64,000 nt of DNA from an uncultured Anaerolineaceae bacterium (GTDB taxonomy: Bacteria > Chloroflexota > Anaerolineae > Anaerolineales > UBA11579). The stretch is taken from the NCBI GenBank assembly GCA_964623375.1, contig CAZUTS010000002.1:43674-107673 (forward strand). The letters are read 5' to 3'. A program made the position numbers and the translations under genes. Below, piece by piece: positions 1 through 9,097 of the stretch. The notes beneath the pieces were generated by a model. That model was not told where the DNA came from and did not search any database. It worked only from the letters and a program-made list of their open reading frames with translations. Within the stretch, counting starts at the first letter, position 1. Every line of letters begins with the position of its first letter.

Positions 1-501
1 GAAGGCCAGAATGTCCAGCGCAGCCCAGTGGACCTGGGCAGTGTCATCGATGATGCCCTCAGCCTGCTGCGCGAGCCGATGCAAGAGAAACGCATTGCTC
101 TGCGCGTGAACCTGCCGCGCCAGATGCCGCCGCTGAACACCGATCGGGACGCGCTGCAGCAGATCCTCTATCACCTGCTGCAGAATGCGGATGCCTCCAC
201 CCCGGCCGGCGGCGCCATCTCGCTGGCTGCTTTGTTTGAAGAGCAGGAAGACCTGGGCGAATATGTGCTTATCCAGGTCAGCGACAGTGGCGGCGGCATC
301 CCTGAAGAGGCGTTGCCGCGCGTCTTCTCGCGCGTCTACCGTGCTCAGAACCCGGTCATCTCTGGCGTGGGCGATAGTGGCGTGGGCCTCACCATTGCCG
401 AGACGCTCACCAAGGCGCTGGGCGGCCGCATCTGGGTCGAAAGTCAGGCCGGGGCAGGGGCAACCTTTAGCGTCTTACTGCCGCTGGCGTCCACTTCCTA
501 G
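1..501 (+). CDS. Sensor histidine kinase, C-terminal HATPase_c domain (5' partial)
   Basis: Frame open from base 1. N box (LYHLLQNA), G1 (VSDSGGGI), F (VFSRVYR) and G2 (GVGLTIA) boxes are present. Confidence 0.9.
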   Translation, partial: EGQNVQRSPVDLGSVIDDALSLLREPMQEKRIALRVNLPRQMPPLNTDRDALQQILYHLLQNADASTPAGGAISLAALFEEQEDLGEYVLIQVSDSGGGIPEEALPRVFSRVYRAQNPVISGVGDSGVGLTIAETLTKALGGRIWVESQAGAGATFSVLLPLASTS

Positions 502-594
502 GGAACAAAACCACACGTCAAGCGTTAACCCAGTGTGCAGGAAAAGCGGCTATTCTTATAGGCTGAGGCACAACTCTTGCACATTCAACTAGCT

Positions 595-1638
595 ATGAAG
601 CGCGTTTTGCTCGCTGTACTCCTGTTATCTACGCTACTGGCTGCCTGCCAGCCTGGCGCCTCACAAGCTACGGCAGCCGTGCTGGGTACGTCTACCCCCA
701 CACCCTTTCTGCCGGGCGGGCCAATCAGCAATGAGCCGCTGCCTACCCAGCCATCTGAGGATATGCCCTCGCTGGTCGATCTTGGTTTCGGTGAGTTTCC
801 TCCGCCCAGCGAAGCCTCGGATATCGATATCCCCAATCAAATGGGCAAGCTGCCACAGCCTGAGGGCCAGATCAACATTCTCATTCTGGGCAGCGACCAG
901 CGCCCCACGGATGGCGGCTACCGCACCGATGTGATCGAGCTGCTCACCATCAACATCCAAGACAAGACCGTCAGCCTGACTTCCTTTCCGCGTGACCTCT
1001 ACGTCTATCACCCCGGCTGGCGTATCACGCGTATCAACGCCGGCATGCAACGCGGCGATTTTGAGATGATGGCAGATACCTTTGCCTACAACTTTGGCGT
1101 CAAACCAGATTACTTTGTGCTCGTCAATTTCTCAGGTTTCACGCAGATCATCGATTCGCTGGGCGGGGTAGACGTGCAAGTCGGCCGCGCCCTGTGGGAT
1201 GAACGTGAAGGCCCCGGCGATTTCAGCGTGCCTTCCGGCAACGTGCACATGGATGGCGAGACGGCCCTGTGGTATGTACGCTCGCGCGGCACCACCAGTG
1301 ACTATGACCGCGGCCGCCGTCACCAGGAGATGATCACCGCTATCTTCTTCCGCCTGCTCAGCCTCAATGCGTTGGTGCGTGCGCCTGAGCTGTACTCGCA
1401 GTATCAGCAGATGGTGCGCACCAACATCACCCTGGCGGATGCGCTGGCGCTGCTGCCGCTGGCCAATGCCATCCGCGATAGCCAGAATATCAACCGCTAC
1501 TCGATAGGGCCGGATGATGTCACCCCCTGGCGCAACAGCGTGGGCAGCGCCGTGCTGGTGCCCAACCAAGAGCGCGTGCGCCGCATCATGCTGCAGGCAC
1601 TCAGCTCGCCTGAGTCCAGTGCAGCTGGCGGCCCGTAA
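595..1638 (+). CDS. LCP (LytR-CpsA-Psr) family protein, lipoprotein
   Basis: LILGSDQR, RTDVI, SFPRDLY, RINA, YVRSR and DYDRGRRHQ motifs. Lipobox LAAC follows the ATG at 595. Confidence 0.9.
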   Translation: MKRVLLAVLLLSTLLAACQPGASQATAAVLGTSTPTPFLPGGPISNEPLPTQPSEDMPSLVDLGFGEFPPPSEASDIDIPNQMGKLPQPEGQINILILGSDQRPTDGGYRTDVIELLTINIQDKTVSLTSFPRDLYVYHPGWRITRINAGMQRGDFEMMADTFAYNFGVKPDYFVLVNFSGFTQIIDSLGGVDVQVGRALWDEREGPGDFSVPSGNVHMDGETALWYVRSRGTTSDYDRGRRHQEMITAIFFRLLSLNALVRAPELYSQYQQMVRTNITLADALALLPLANAIRDSQNINRYSIGPDDVTPWRNSVGSAVLVPNQERVRRIMLQALSSPESSAAGGP

Positions 1639-1677
1639 TAACTTGCAGCCGCGTTTTCATGCAGGTACACTCACGTT

Positions 1678-2079
1678 ATGCTGCGTAAACTCTCCTCATG
1701 GGGATTGAATCTCACCACCAAACGCATGTGGGTAGGGCTGGGCGTACTGGCGCTGCTGATCGTGCTGTTTGGTTTCAGCCGCCGCGTGGCTGAGTTCTCG
1801 CGTCTCAGTGACCAGCTCGAGCGTGAGCAAGCTTACATCACTGAGTTGGCCGCCACGCAGCAATCGCTGCAAGACAGCATCGCCTACGCCAACTCGGAAG
1901 CTGCCGTGGAGGCCTGGGCGCGCGAGCAGGGGCGCTGGTCTCGCCCTGGAGACTTCCCCGTTATCCCGCTGCCGCCTGCCGAGTTCACCCCGCAGGCGCC
2001 AACTCCCCAGGCTGAGTTCGACACCGCCGCCAGCAACTTCGATATCTGGTGGAGCTGGTTCTTTTACCGCGGACCTTGA
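1678..2079 (+). CDS. Septum formation initiator (FtsB/DivIC-like) family protein
   Basis: One N-terminal TM helix, a coiled coil, then a VEAWAREQGRW motif like the DivIC 'IE..AR..L.' signature. Confidence 0.7.
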   Translation: MLRKLSSWGLNLTTKRMWVGLGVLALLIVLFGFSRRVAEFSRLSDQLEREQAYITELAATQQSLQDSIAYANSEAAVEAWAREQGRWSRPGDFPVIPLPPAEFTPQAPTPQAEFDTAASNFDIWWSWFFYRGP

Positions 2080-2115
2080 CGCTGCCTCCATTGCGATGGT
2101 ATTATCTCTTTTCAG

Positions 2116-2187
2116 CGCGGGGTGGAGCAGTGGCAGCTCGTCGGGCTCATAACCCGAAGGTCCCAGGTTCGAGTCCTGGCCCCGCTA
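2116..2187 (+). tRNA. tRNA-Met(CAT), initiator type; CCA not encoded
   Basis: Cloverleaf with anticodon arm TCGGG-CTCATAA-CCCGA (three G-C pairs), T arm GGTTCGAGTCC, unpaired C1:U72 and discriminator A. Confidence 0.95.
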
Positions 2188-2197
2188 CTAACTGAAT

Positions 2198-2225
2198 AAA
2201 CAGCCAAACACGTGTTTGGCTGTTT
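2198..2225 (+). terminator. Intrinsic terminator after tRNA-fMet
   Basis: Perfect 28-bp palindrome AAACAGCCAAACAC/GTGTTTGGCTGTTT ending in a T run. Confidence 0.7.
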
Positions 2226-2256
2226 TGCTATCTAGCTGCCGTAACCAAGAGCCGCC

Positions 2257-4899
2257 ATGAAACTTTCAACTTTCACTTCACACCCCCTCTATCGCATCGT
2301 GCTCTTCATCCTGCGGCGTAGTATTACTGTGGGGCTGACGATATTCTTTGGCCTGTGCCTCACGGTTGTGATTTCCAACACCAATGGCGCGTTGGAGGAG
2401 AGTTTTGCCCGCCAAATCAGCCAGGAAGCCACACGCGTTTTTCGCAACCAGCCGTTTGATTCACCTGATCGCCTCTCCCAGCAGCAGATTGAAGACAATT
2501 TGCTGGATGAGGCTGGCTTCAATGACCCGTTCTGGCTGCGCCAGGTTCGCTTGGCAGTGCGCGCACTCACCTTGGATTGGGGCGAGGTAACTTACCGTCA
2601 ACTGCGTGCACAGTTGCCCACATCTGCTCAAGCCAGCTCGGTGAATGCCATTGTGCTTACTGCATTGCCCAACACGCTCATGCTAGTGGGTTTTGCCAGC
2701 CTGATTGTGTTCGTGATCGGTTTACCGCTTGCGCTCAACCTTTCCCGCAGGCCCGGTTCCACGTTGGATCGCTTTATGTCTGTGTTGGCGCCGCTGTCAA
2801 CCTTTCCCAGTTGGGTCATTGGCCTGGTGCTGGTGCTCATCTTTGCCATCCAGCTGCGCTGGTTCCCAGCCTCGGGCATGCGCACGGCACTGCCTGGCCG
2901 CACGGAGCTGGAAGTGTTCCTGAATACGGCGCGCTTCTTTGTGCTGCCAGTAACCGCGGTTGTCATCAGCCTGTTCTTTCAATTTGTCTATACCTGGCGC
3001 TCATATTTGATTTCTTTTGCAGAAGAAGATTATGTTGAGCTGGCCAAGGCGCGCGGGCTGCCCTCCGGCATTTTGGAGCGCCGCCACATTCTGCGCCCCT
3101 CACTTTCGTTTATTGTCACCAGCTTCATGCTCACCCTGGTGAGCTTTTGGCAGATGGCCATTGCGCTGGAAGTGGTCTTCCAGTGGCCCGGCATTGGTCT
3201 GCTGTACGTAGAGTCGCTGCCTAATTTCTGGAGCGAATCCATGTTTCCGGGGGACATGGTGATCACGGTGGCCTTGGTCACCACCTTCGCCTATCTGCTA
3301 GGCGTCACCGTCATTCTGCTGGAAGTCTTCTATGCGCTGATCGATCCGCGCATCCGCGTGGACCAACCTCTGCGTTTGCGTGCCAGCCGCCCGGTGCGGG
3401 CTAGCGTGCCTGCCAGCGTGCGCAAGGCCGCTCGCCGGGGCAGCACCCCGTCCATCGGCGCGCAGCTGGCGCAATGGCTACGCAGCTTGCCAGCCGAATT
3501 GCGTCGCTCCGCAGCTGCACTGTGGCAGGTGCTGTCTCAATTTCGCAAATACCCGGCAGCCTTGTTCGGCCTGGTGGTCATCGTCATGCTCATGGTGGGG
3601 TCTTTGTATGCCGCAGTTGCCCTCCCATTGAACAAGATTGGCTTGGAGTGGTACTCCAACTCGGTGACAGGGCGCACCTATCGCCCACGCGTCAGCATGC
3701 CCAGTTGGCTCAACTGGTTTGGTGATAAGCCCTACCTTTCCACAATCATTATGGATAGCCGTGACCCGGCGTCTGGCGTCACCAAGACCGTCAGTACAGA
3801 CGCCAACGGCAACCGCGTCGTCACCCTGCTGTTTGAGTTCGAGTTTCCCTACCGTGAAATTCCTCAGGAAGTGTTCTTCTACTTCCAGCCCGATTACTCC
3901 AGCAAGCGGCCCTTTATCCTGTGGACATGGCGCACGCCCGATGGGCGTGAGGTTGAGTTGGTCTCCATGGGCGACCCAGGCTATCTGAAGATCTCCCTGG
4001 CAGACAAAGTCTTCTCTGGGCCAACCAGCGCCGCCCGCGCCGTGAGTACCTACCCAGCCCTGGCTGCCATCAAGCCAGAGACCATGCCCCTGTATTATCT
4101 GTTCACCAACCCTGAAGAGGCCAACTTGCAATTGGTTTCCGGAAAATACCAGCTGGAAATGGAAGCCATGCTGTTTGAGCCGGATGCAGATCTGGATGCT
4201 GAGTTCGTGATGCTGGGCCAGGTGTATGGCGCCGCCGGCACTGATGGCTACCGCCGCGACCTGCTCACCCCGCTGGTGTGGGGCATGCCCTTCGCGCTCT
4301 TGTTCGGCATGGGAGCCGCGCTGCTGTCTGTGTTCGTTGCCCTGGCCCTTGGCGCTGCCTCGGTCTGGTACGGTGGCATTGTGGATTGGATTACCCAACG
4401 CCTGTCCGACTTGAACATGATTATGCCGGTGCTGGCGATTGGCGTGCTGTTTTATTCGTTCTATGGCCTTAGTATTTGGTCCGTACTGTTTGTTATCGTG
4501 CTCTTCAGTTCCTTTGGCAGCCCGGTTAAAACCTTCCGCTCAGCCTTCTTGCAGGTAAAGGAATCTTCGTATATTGAATCGGCGCGCAGCTATGGCGCTT
4601 CAGACAGCCGCATCATATTCAAGTACATGATCCCCAAGATCATGCCGCTGCTGATTCCTCAGTTGATCTATCTCATCCCCACCTATATCTTCCTCGAAGC
4701 TACCTTGGGTATGTTCAACATCCGCATGATCTATCCCACCTGGGGGCGCATCATCTATGAAGCACTGAATTCTGGCCTGGTGTATGGCTCGCGCTTCTGG
4801 GTGCTGCAACCGCTGGCGCTGGTGTTCCTCACTGGCTTGGCCTTTTCCATGGTGGGGTTTGCGCTGGACAAAATTCTTAATCCCAAGCTGAACGTATAA
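2257..4899 (+). CDS. Fused ABC peptide/nickel transporter permease (OppB/DppB + OppC/DppC)
   Basis: Two EAA-type loops (DYVELAKARGL and SYIESARSYGASDSRII), an OppC-like GTDGYRRDL motif and a large extracytoplasmic insert. Confidence 0.85.
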   Translation: MKLSTFTSHPLYRIVLFILRRSITVGLTIFFGLCLTVVISNTNGALEESFARQISQEATRVFRNQPFDSPDRLSQQQIEDNLLDEAGFNDPFWLRQVRLAVRALTLDWGEVTYRQLRAQLPTSAQASSVNAIVLTALPNTLMLVGFASLIVFVIGLPLALNLSRRPGSTLDRFMSVLAPLSTFPSWVIGLVLVLIFAIQLRWFPASGMRTALPGRTELEVFLNTARFFVLPVTAVVISLFFQFVYTWRSYLISFAEEDYVELAKARGLPSGILERRHILRPSLSFIVTSFMLTLVSFWQMAIALEVVFQWPGIGLLYVESLPNFWSESMFPGDMVITVALVTTFAYLLGVTVILLEVFYALIDPRIRVDQPLRLRASRPVRASVPASVRKAARRGSTPSIGAQLAQWLRSLPAELRRSAAALWQVLSQFRKYPAALFGLVVIVMLMVGSLYAAVALPLNKIGLEWYSNSVTGRTYRPRVSMPSWLNWFGDKPYLSTIIMDSRDPASGVTKTVSTDANGNRVVTLLFEFEFPYREIPQEVFFYFQPDYSSKRPFILWTWRTPDGREVELVSMGDPGYLKISLADKVFSGPTSAARAVSTYPALAAIKPETMPLYYLFTNPEEANLQLVSGKYQLEMEAMLFEPDADLDAEFVMLGQVYGAAGTDGYRRDLLTPLVWGMPFALLFGMGAALLSVFVALALGAASVWYGGIVDWITQRLSDLNMIMPVLAIGVLFYSFYGLSIWSVLFVIVLFSSFGSPVKTFRSAFLQVKESSYIESARSYGASDSRIIFKYMIPKIMPLLIPQLIYLIPTYIFLEATLGMFNIRMIYPTWGRIIYEALNSGLVYGSRFWVLQPLALVFLTGLAFSMVGFALDKILNPKLNV

Positions 4900-4908
4900 A
4901 ATGGGGCT

Positions 4909-5874
4909 ATGCCTGCTGCTGGCGATGCCCCCAAGGTAAGCATCATCATTCCCACCTACAATCGGGCGGGGATGGTGCAGCAAGCGATTGCCAGCGTGTT
5001 GGCGCAGACCTACACAGACTTTGAGTGCATAGTGGTGGATGACGGCTCGCCCGATGACACCCAAGCCAGCCTGCAGTCGTTGGTGGCGGCTGGCCGCATC
5101 CGCTATGTACGCCAGGCCAACGCCGGGCTCTCGGCTGCCCGCAATCACGGCATCCGCGTGGCGCGCGGCGCCTATATCACCTTCCTGGATGATGACGATC
5201 TCTACGAGCCGGAAAAGCTGGCCCAGCAGGCTGCATATCTGGACGCGTACCCGGCCGCTATGCTGGTGCATTGCTGGTTCACGAAATTTAGTGAGCAGGA
5301 GGCCAATCTCGGCCTGCGTAAACCTGATTGGTTTCAAGGCCAGCTCTATCCCGCCATCCTCTCCTATTGGCGTATGCTCATGGCCACTCCGTGTCTGATG
5401 CTGCGCCGTGAGGTCTTCGATGTTGTAGGCGGGTTTGATGAAACCTTGCGCTATGCTGAAGATTTGGATATGTGGCGGCGCGTTGCGCGCCACTACAGCT
5501 TCCATATTGTGCCTGCCAGCCTGGTCCGCATTCGCCAGCAAGTTACCAGCATGTCCAGCGACAAGGCGCAGTCCGCTGCGCACTTCCGCACCATGCTGGA
5601 AAAAGCCTTCGCCGATGATCCTGCGCTGCCTGCGGCCACCCGCCGCCAGGCGCTGGCGGCCATGTACACCTCGGTGGCCCAGAATCTACTAGGCGAGGGC
5701 GGTGCGGTTGAGATTCGTATAGCACGCCAACACCTGCGCACCGCCATCGGGCTGCGCCCGTTGGCGCCCGCAGCCTGGCTCACCTTCGCGGCCAGCTTGC
5801 TGCCGCGCGGCGTGCGTTCCAGCCTGGCCGGTGCCGTGCGCCGCCTGCGCTTTCGCCGCACCGCCAATGACTGA
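4909..5874 (+). CDS. Glycosyltransferase family 2
   Basis: VSIIIPTYNR, VVDDGSPD, NAGLSAARNHG, FLDDDD and EDLDMW motifs. Confidence 0.92.
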   Translation: MPAAGDAPKVSIIIPTYNRAGMVQQAIASVLAQTYTDFECIVVDDGSPDDTQASLQSLVAAGRIRYVRQANAGLSAARNHGIRVARGAYITFLDDDDLYEPEKLAQQAAYLDAYPAAMLVHCWFTKFSEQEANLGLRKPDWFQGQLYPAILSYWRMLMATPCLMLRREVFDVVGGFDETLRYAEDLDMWRRVARHYSFHIVPASLVRIRQQVTSMSSDKAQSAAHFRTMLEKAFADDPALPAATRRQALAAMYTSVAQNLLGEGGAVEIRIARQHLRTAIGLRPLAPAAWLTFAASLLPRGVRSSLAGAVRRLRFRRTAND

Positions 5875-6373
5875 AAGCATCGTGGTGATGGGGGTATCCG
5901 GGTCTGGCAAGACCCGCGTGGGCAAAGCCTTGGCGCGCGCCTTCGAGCTGCGCTTCCTTGAGGGCGATGATTTTCATCCCACAGCCAACATCGCCAAGAT
6001 GCAGGGTGGCCAGCCGCTTACCGATGCCGACCGTAGCCCTTGGCTGGCCGCCCTCAATCAGGCCCTGCAAGAGCATCATGCTCGCGGCCAAGCCGTGGTC
6101 TTGGCCTGCTCAGCTTTGAAAGAAAGCTATCGCCAGCAGTTGCAGCAAGGTGTGGTGAAACTACGCTTTGTCTACCTGCACTCTAATGTAGGCCAGCTGC
6201 TCCCGCGCGTAGAGAATCGCCGCGCCCATTTTATGCCCGCCAGTCTGCTGCAAAGCCAGTTTGATGCGCTGGAGGAGCCTGAGCACGCCATCCGTGTGGA
6301 TGCCCTGTTGCCGGTGGGGGCGATTGTGCGCGAGGTGCTAGCTGCCCTGAGCGAATATCCGTCAAAGACTTAA
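5867..6373 (+). CDS. gntK: Gluconokinase (GntK/IdnK type)
   Basis: VMGVSGSGKT P-loop, EGDDFHP, LTDADRSPW, CSALK..YR and HFMPASLLQSQFDALE motifs. Start overlaps the GT2 stop. Confidence 0.92.
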   Translation: MTESIVVMGVSGSGKTRVGKALARAFELRFLEGDDFHPTANIAKMQGGQPLTDADRSPWLAALNQALQEHHARGQAVVLACSALKESYRQQLQQGVVKLRFVYLHSNVGQLLPRVENRRAHFMPASLLQSQFDALEEPEHAIRVDALLPVGAIVREVLAALSEYPSKT

Positions 6374-6470
6374 ATTTTCAACTTCACTTCAGTTTATATT
6401 CAGAGGGCTTTATTCCTGTAACATCCCCGATCATCAACGCGGGTCACACATCCCCACGCCTAAATCTCCC

Positions 6471-6590
6471 CGTCATTGCGAGGAGTAGCTGGGTATGGCA
6501 TGAAATGCCATTACTCAGCATGGACGAAGCAATCTGGTTTGATCTCCACTCATATAAAAGGCAGATTGCTTCGCTGCGCTCGCAATGGCG
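6471..6590. repeat. CGTC-type palindromic intergenic repeat (GTCATTGCGAG...GAAGCAATC...GATTGCTTCG...CTCGCAATGAC family), copy 1
   Basis: Terminal inverted repeat CGTCATTGCGAG/CTCGCAATGGCG with internal GAAGCAATC/GATTGCTTC. Confidence 0.85.
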
Positions 6591-6660
6591 GCCTTAATCA
6601 CGCTTTGAACGGTGGCGCGAAGGGATAACCGAATGCTCAGGGCAAGACATACCTCGTTCG

Positions 6661-7215
6661 CTAGGCTTCCCCGTAAGCCTGCTTCAGCCAGTCCTTCACC
6701 TGCTTATCGAACTCCTTGGCACTGCCCAGCCGCACGCGGTGTGTGCACATCCCATCCCATGCCTCCAGCCGCCCACTGGCGGGCACACCCTTCAAGATCA
6801 GCCCCAGATCGACGCGGTCTTTGCTGCTCACCTGCACAATGCCAAATTGCTTCTTGCGTCGCAGGCTCAGATACGTCTTCTTGTGCGCCAGCTCCACATC
6901 CATGCCCAGCGTCCTGGCCGCCTTGACGATGTGTGCATACAGCGGCTGCATGGCCGCTTTGGCCCCGCTGAAGTAGGCCGCCTCCAGCTCGCTATCGCTG
7001 CTCGGGCCGCCGGCCGCTTGCTGGCGGTACATGATGGCGATCGTGTTGGCAAAGCCATGCGAGACGCCGTGCTCGCCCTTCAGCAACTTCATGATCTCGC
7101 CGTGCGCTTCAATACCTTTTGACTTGATCAGCGCGAACCATTGCTCCAGGCTTTTGCCCGTCTTCTCTGGCATGTTCTTGACCATGCTTTGCAACTGCTC
7201 TTCCGGGGTAGACAT
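6661..7215 (-). CDS. DUF4287 + DUF5655 domain protein
   Basis: N-terminal KNMPEKTGKSLEQW...LKGEHGVSHGFANTI (DUF4287-like); C-terminal KKTYLSLRRKKQF and HRVRL...DKQVKDWLKQAY (DUF5655-like). Confidence 0.8.
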   Translation of the reverse strand: MSTPEEQLQSMVKNMPEKTGKSLEQWFALIKSKGIEAHGEIMKLLKGEHGVSHGFANTIAIMYRQQAAGGPSSDSELEAAYFSGAKAAMQPLYAHIVKAARTLGMDVELAHKKTYLSLRRKKQFGIVQVSSKDRVDLGLILKGVPASGRLEAWDGMCTHRVRLGSAKEFDKQVKDWLKQAYGEA

Positions 7216-7409
7216 TTGCGGCCTCCTTGCAACAGCATAGCATAAGGCGTTGCAGGCTGCCCTGCAAAAATTTCCGGCCGCAGTCTGAAGCACACCCGCA
7301 GCCGAGTAGCTTCTGCCGCGTGTGTAGCACGCAGCTTCCCAAAAAGCCGGGTCATTTGCCCCTAGGGCATCCTGTGCCTTGCTTCTATACTTTCAACAAG
7401 GAGACAACT

Positions 7410-8213
7410 ATGAAAATTCAAGGCAAAGTGTTTGTCGTCACGGGGGCGGGCAGCGGCATTGGCCGTTCCCTCACCTTGGCAATGCTGCAAGGCGGAGCCA
7501 AAGTGGCGGCGGTAGACATCAACGAAGCGAACTTGAAGGAGACCGCTGGCCTGGCGAATGCGGGCACTTCACTCTCCACGCATGTGGTCGATATCTCCAA
7601 CCGCCAGCAGATCGAAGCCCTGCGTCCCGCTGTGGTTGAGGCGCACGGCGTGGTGGACGGCATTGTCAACAACGCCGGTATCATCCAGCCCTTTGTGCCG
7701 CTCAAAGACTTGGACTACGGCGCCATTGAACGCGTGCTCAACATCAATCTGTATGGCACCATCTACATGGTGAAGACTTTCCTGCCCGAGCTGCTCAAGC
7801 GCCCCGAAGCGCACATCGTCAATGTGTCCAGCATGGGTGGTTTCTTCCCCTTCCCGGGTCAGACCCTCTATGGAGCGTCCAAGGCCGCCGTGAAGCTGCT
7901 CACCGAGGGGCTGTATGCCGAGCTGCTTGAGACGCAGGTGGGCGTGTCGGTAGTCTTCCCCGGGGCGATTGCCACCAACATCACCAAGAACTCCGGTGTG
8001 GGTAACCTTGGCGCAGAACAGGCCGGCGACTCTAAGCTGCCGATGACTTCGCCTGAGGTGGCGGCCCAGACCATCATTGGCGCTATTGAGAAGAACAAAT
8101 TCCAGGCCTATATCGGCAAAGATGCCGCCATGATGAATATTCTTTACAAGCTCAACCCGCGCGGCGCCACGCGCTTCATCCAAAAGCAAATGAAGTCGCT
8201 TTTGCCCAAGTAG
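7410..8213 (+). CDS. SDR family NAD(P)-dependent oxidoreductase
   Basis: TGAGSGIG, NNAG and YGASK motifs. RBS AAGGAG precedes the ATG at 7410. Confidence 0.93.
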   Translation: MKIQGKVFVVTGAGSGIGRSLTLAMLQGGAKVAAVDINEANLKETAGLANAGTSLSTHVVDISNRQQIEALRPAVVEAHGVVDGIVNNAGIIQPFVPLKDLDYGAIERVLNINLYGTIYMVKTFLPELLKRPEAHIVNVSSMGGFFPFPGQTLYGASKAAVKLLTEGLYAELLETQVGVSVVFPGAIATNITKNSGVGNLGAEQAGDSKLPMTSPEVAAQTIIGAIEKNKFQAYIGKDAAMMNILYKLNPRGATRFIQKQMKSLLPK

Positions 8214-8236
8214 CCTTCTCCTCACAGCTGAATCAC

Positions 8237-8265
8237 AGAAAGCGCCTGCAAAGCAGGCGCTTTCT
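8237..8265 (+). terminator. Intrinsic terminator after SDR gene
   Basis: AGAAAGCGCCTGC-aaa-GCAGGCGCTTTCT stem-loop. Confidence 0.75.
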
Positions 8266-8325
8266 TCATAACTGATTAATGCGCAGCCTGTATAGTCAGT
8301 CCAGTTAATTCAACTTGGGAGACTT

Positions 8326-9048
8326 ATGGATCGTCGAACGATTTCTGTTGTTGCAATTCTTGGCATAGGTGCGCTGGTGCTGTTTGCTGCCCTGGGTGCA
8401 TACGTCCTGCGCCCCTCGGCTGCCCCCAGCGGCGAGCTTACCGCCATCCCCGTGCTGCCATCGCCTGAGGTGCAGCAATCGGATAGCGAGAGCCAGCCGG
8501 CGGCTGTCAGCGGTGCGCTTGTCTTTGAAGTCTCGGCGGATGAAAGCCAGGCGCGCTTCCTCATTAATGAGGTGCTCAACGGCGCAGATAAGACCGTTGT
8601 AGGCACTACCAACGCCGTGGCCGCCCAAATCCTGATCGATCCGGCCAGCCCGGCGGATGTTCAGCTGGGTACCGTGCAGGTGAATGCGCGCACCTTCATC
8701 ACCGATAGCGGTAGCCGCAACCGCGCCATCCAGAACTTGATCCTGCAGACCAACACCTATGAGCTGGTCACGTTTGCCCCAACGGCCTACGCTGGGTTGC
8801 CCACCAACATCGCCGTGGGCGACACCTTCAGCTTCCAGGTCACTGGTGATCTCGCCATTCGTGATATCACCAGCCAGGTCACCTTTGATGTCACCGTAAC
8901 CGTGGAGTCTGACAGCCGCATCAGCGGCCTGGCCAGCACCACGATCGACCGTGCCACCTATGACCTGCAGATCCCCAGTGTGCCGCAAGTGGCCTCGGTG
9001 GAGCAGACCATCATCCTCGAGCTGGAATTTGTCGCCCTGGCGCAATAA
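8326..9048 (+). CDS. YceI-like lipid/isoprenoid-binding protein with N-terminal TM anchor
   Basis: SQARFLINE, SGSRNR, VTGDLAIRDITSQVTFDV and IDRATYDL match the YceI beta-barrel pattern. Confidence 0.85.
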   Translation: MDRRTISVVAILGIGALVLFAALGAYVLRPSAAPSGELTAIPVLPSPEVQQSDSESQPAAVSGALVFEVSADESQARFLINEVLNGADKTVVGTTNAVAAQILIDPASPADVQLGTVQVNARTFITDSGSRNRAIQNLILQTNTYELVTFAPTAYAGLPTNIAVGDTFSFQVTGDLAIRDITSQVTFDVTVTVESDSRISGLASTTIDRATYDLQIPSVPQVASVEQTIILELEFVALAQ

Positions 9049-9063
9049 GCTGCACAGTCACGC

Positions 9064-9097
9064 AATAAAAAGACGGCCGCAAGGCCGTCTTTTTTAT
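9064..9097. terminator. Bidirectional terminator between convergent yceI and mfd
   Basis: AATAAAAGACGGCC-gcaa-GGCCGTCTTTTTTATT. Confidence 0.8.

Noticed and set aside
2116-2256. tRNA-fMet as an integration site
   Set aside because: No integrase nearby, no duplicated tRNA 3' end seen in the window, and downstream genes have host-like composition.
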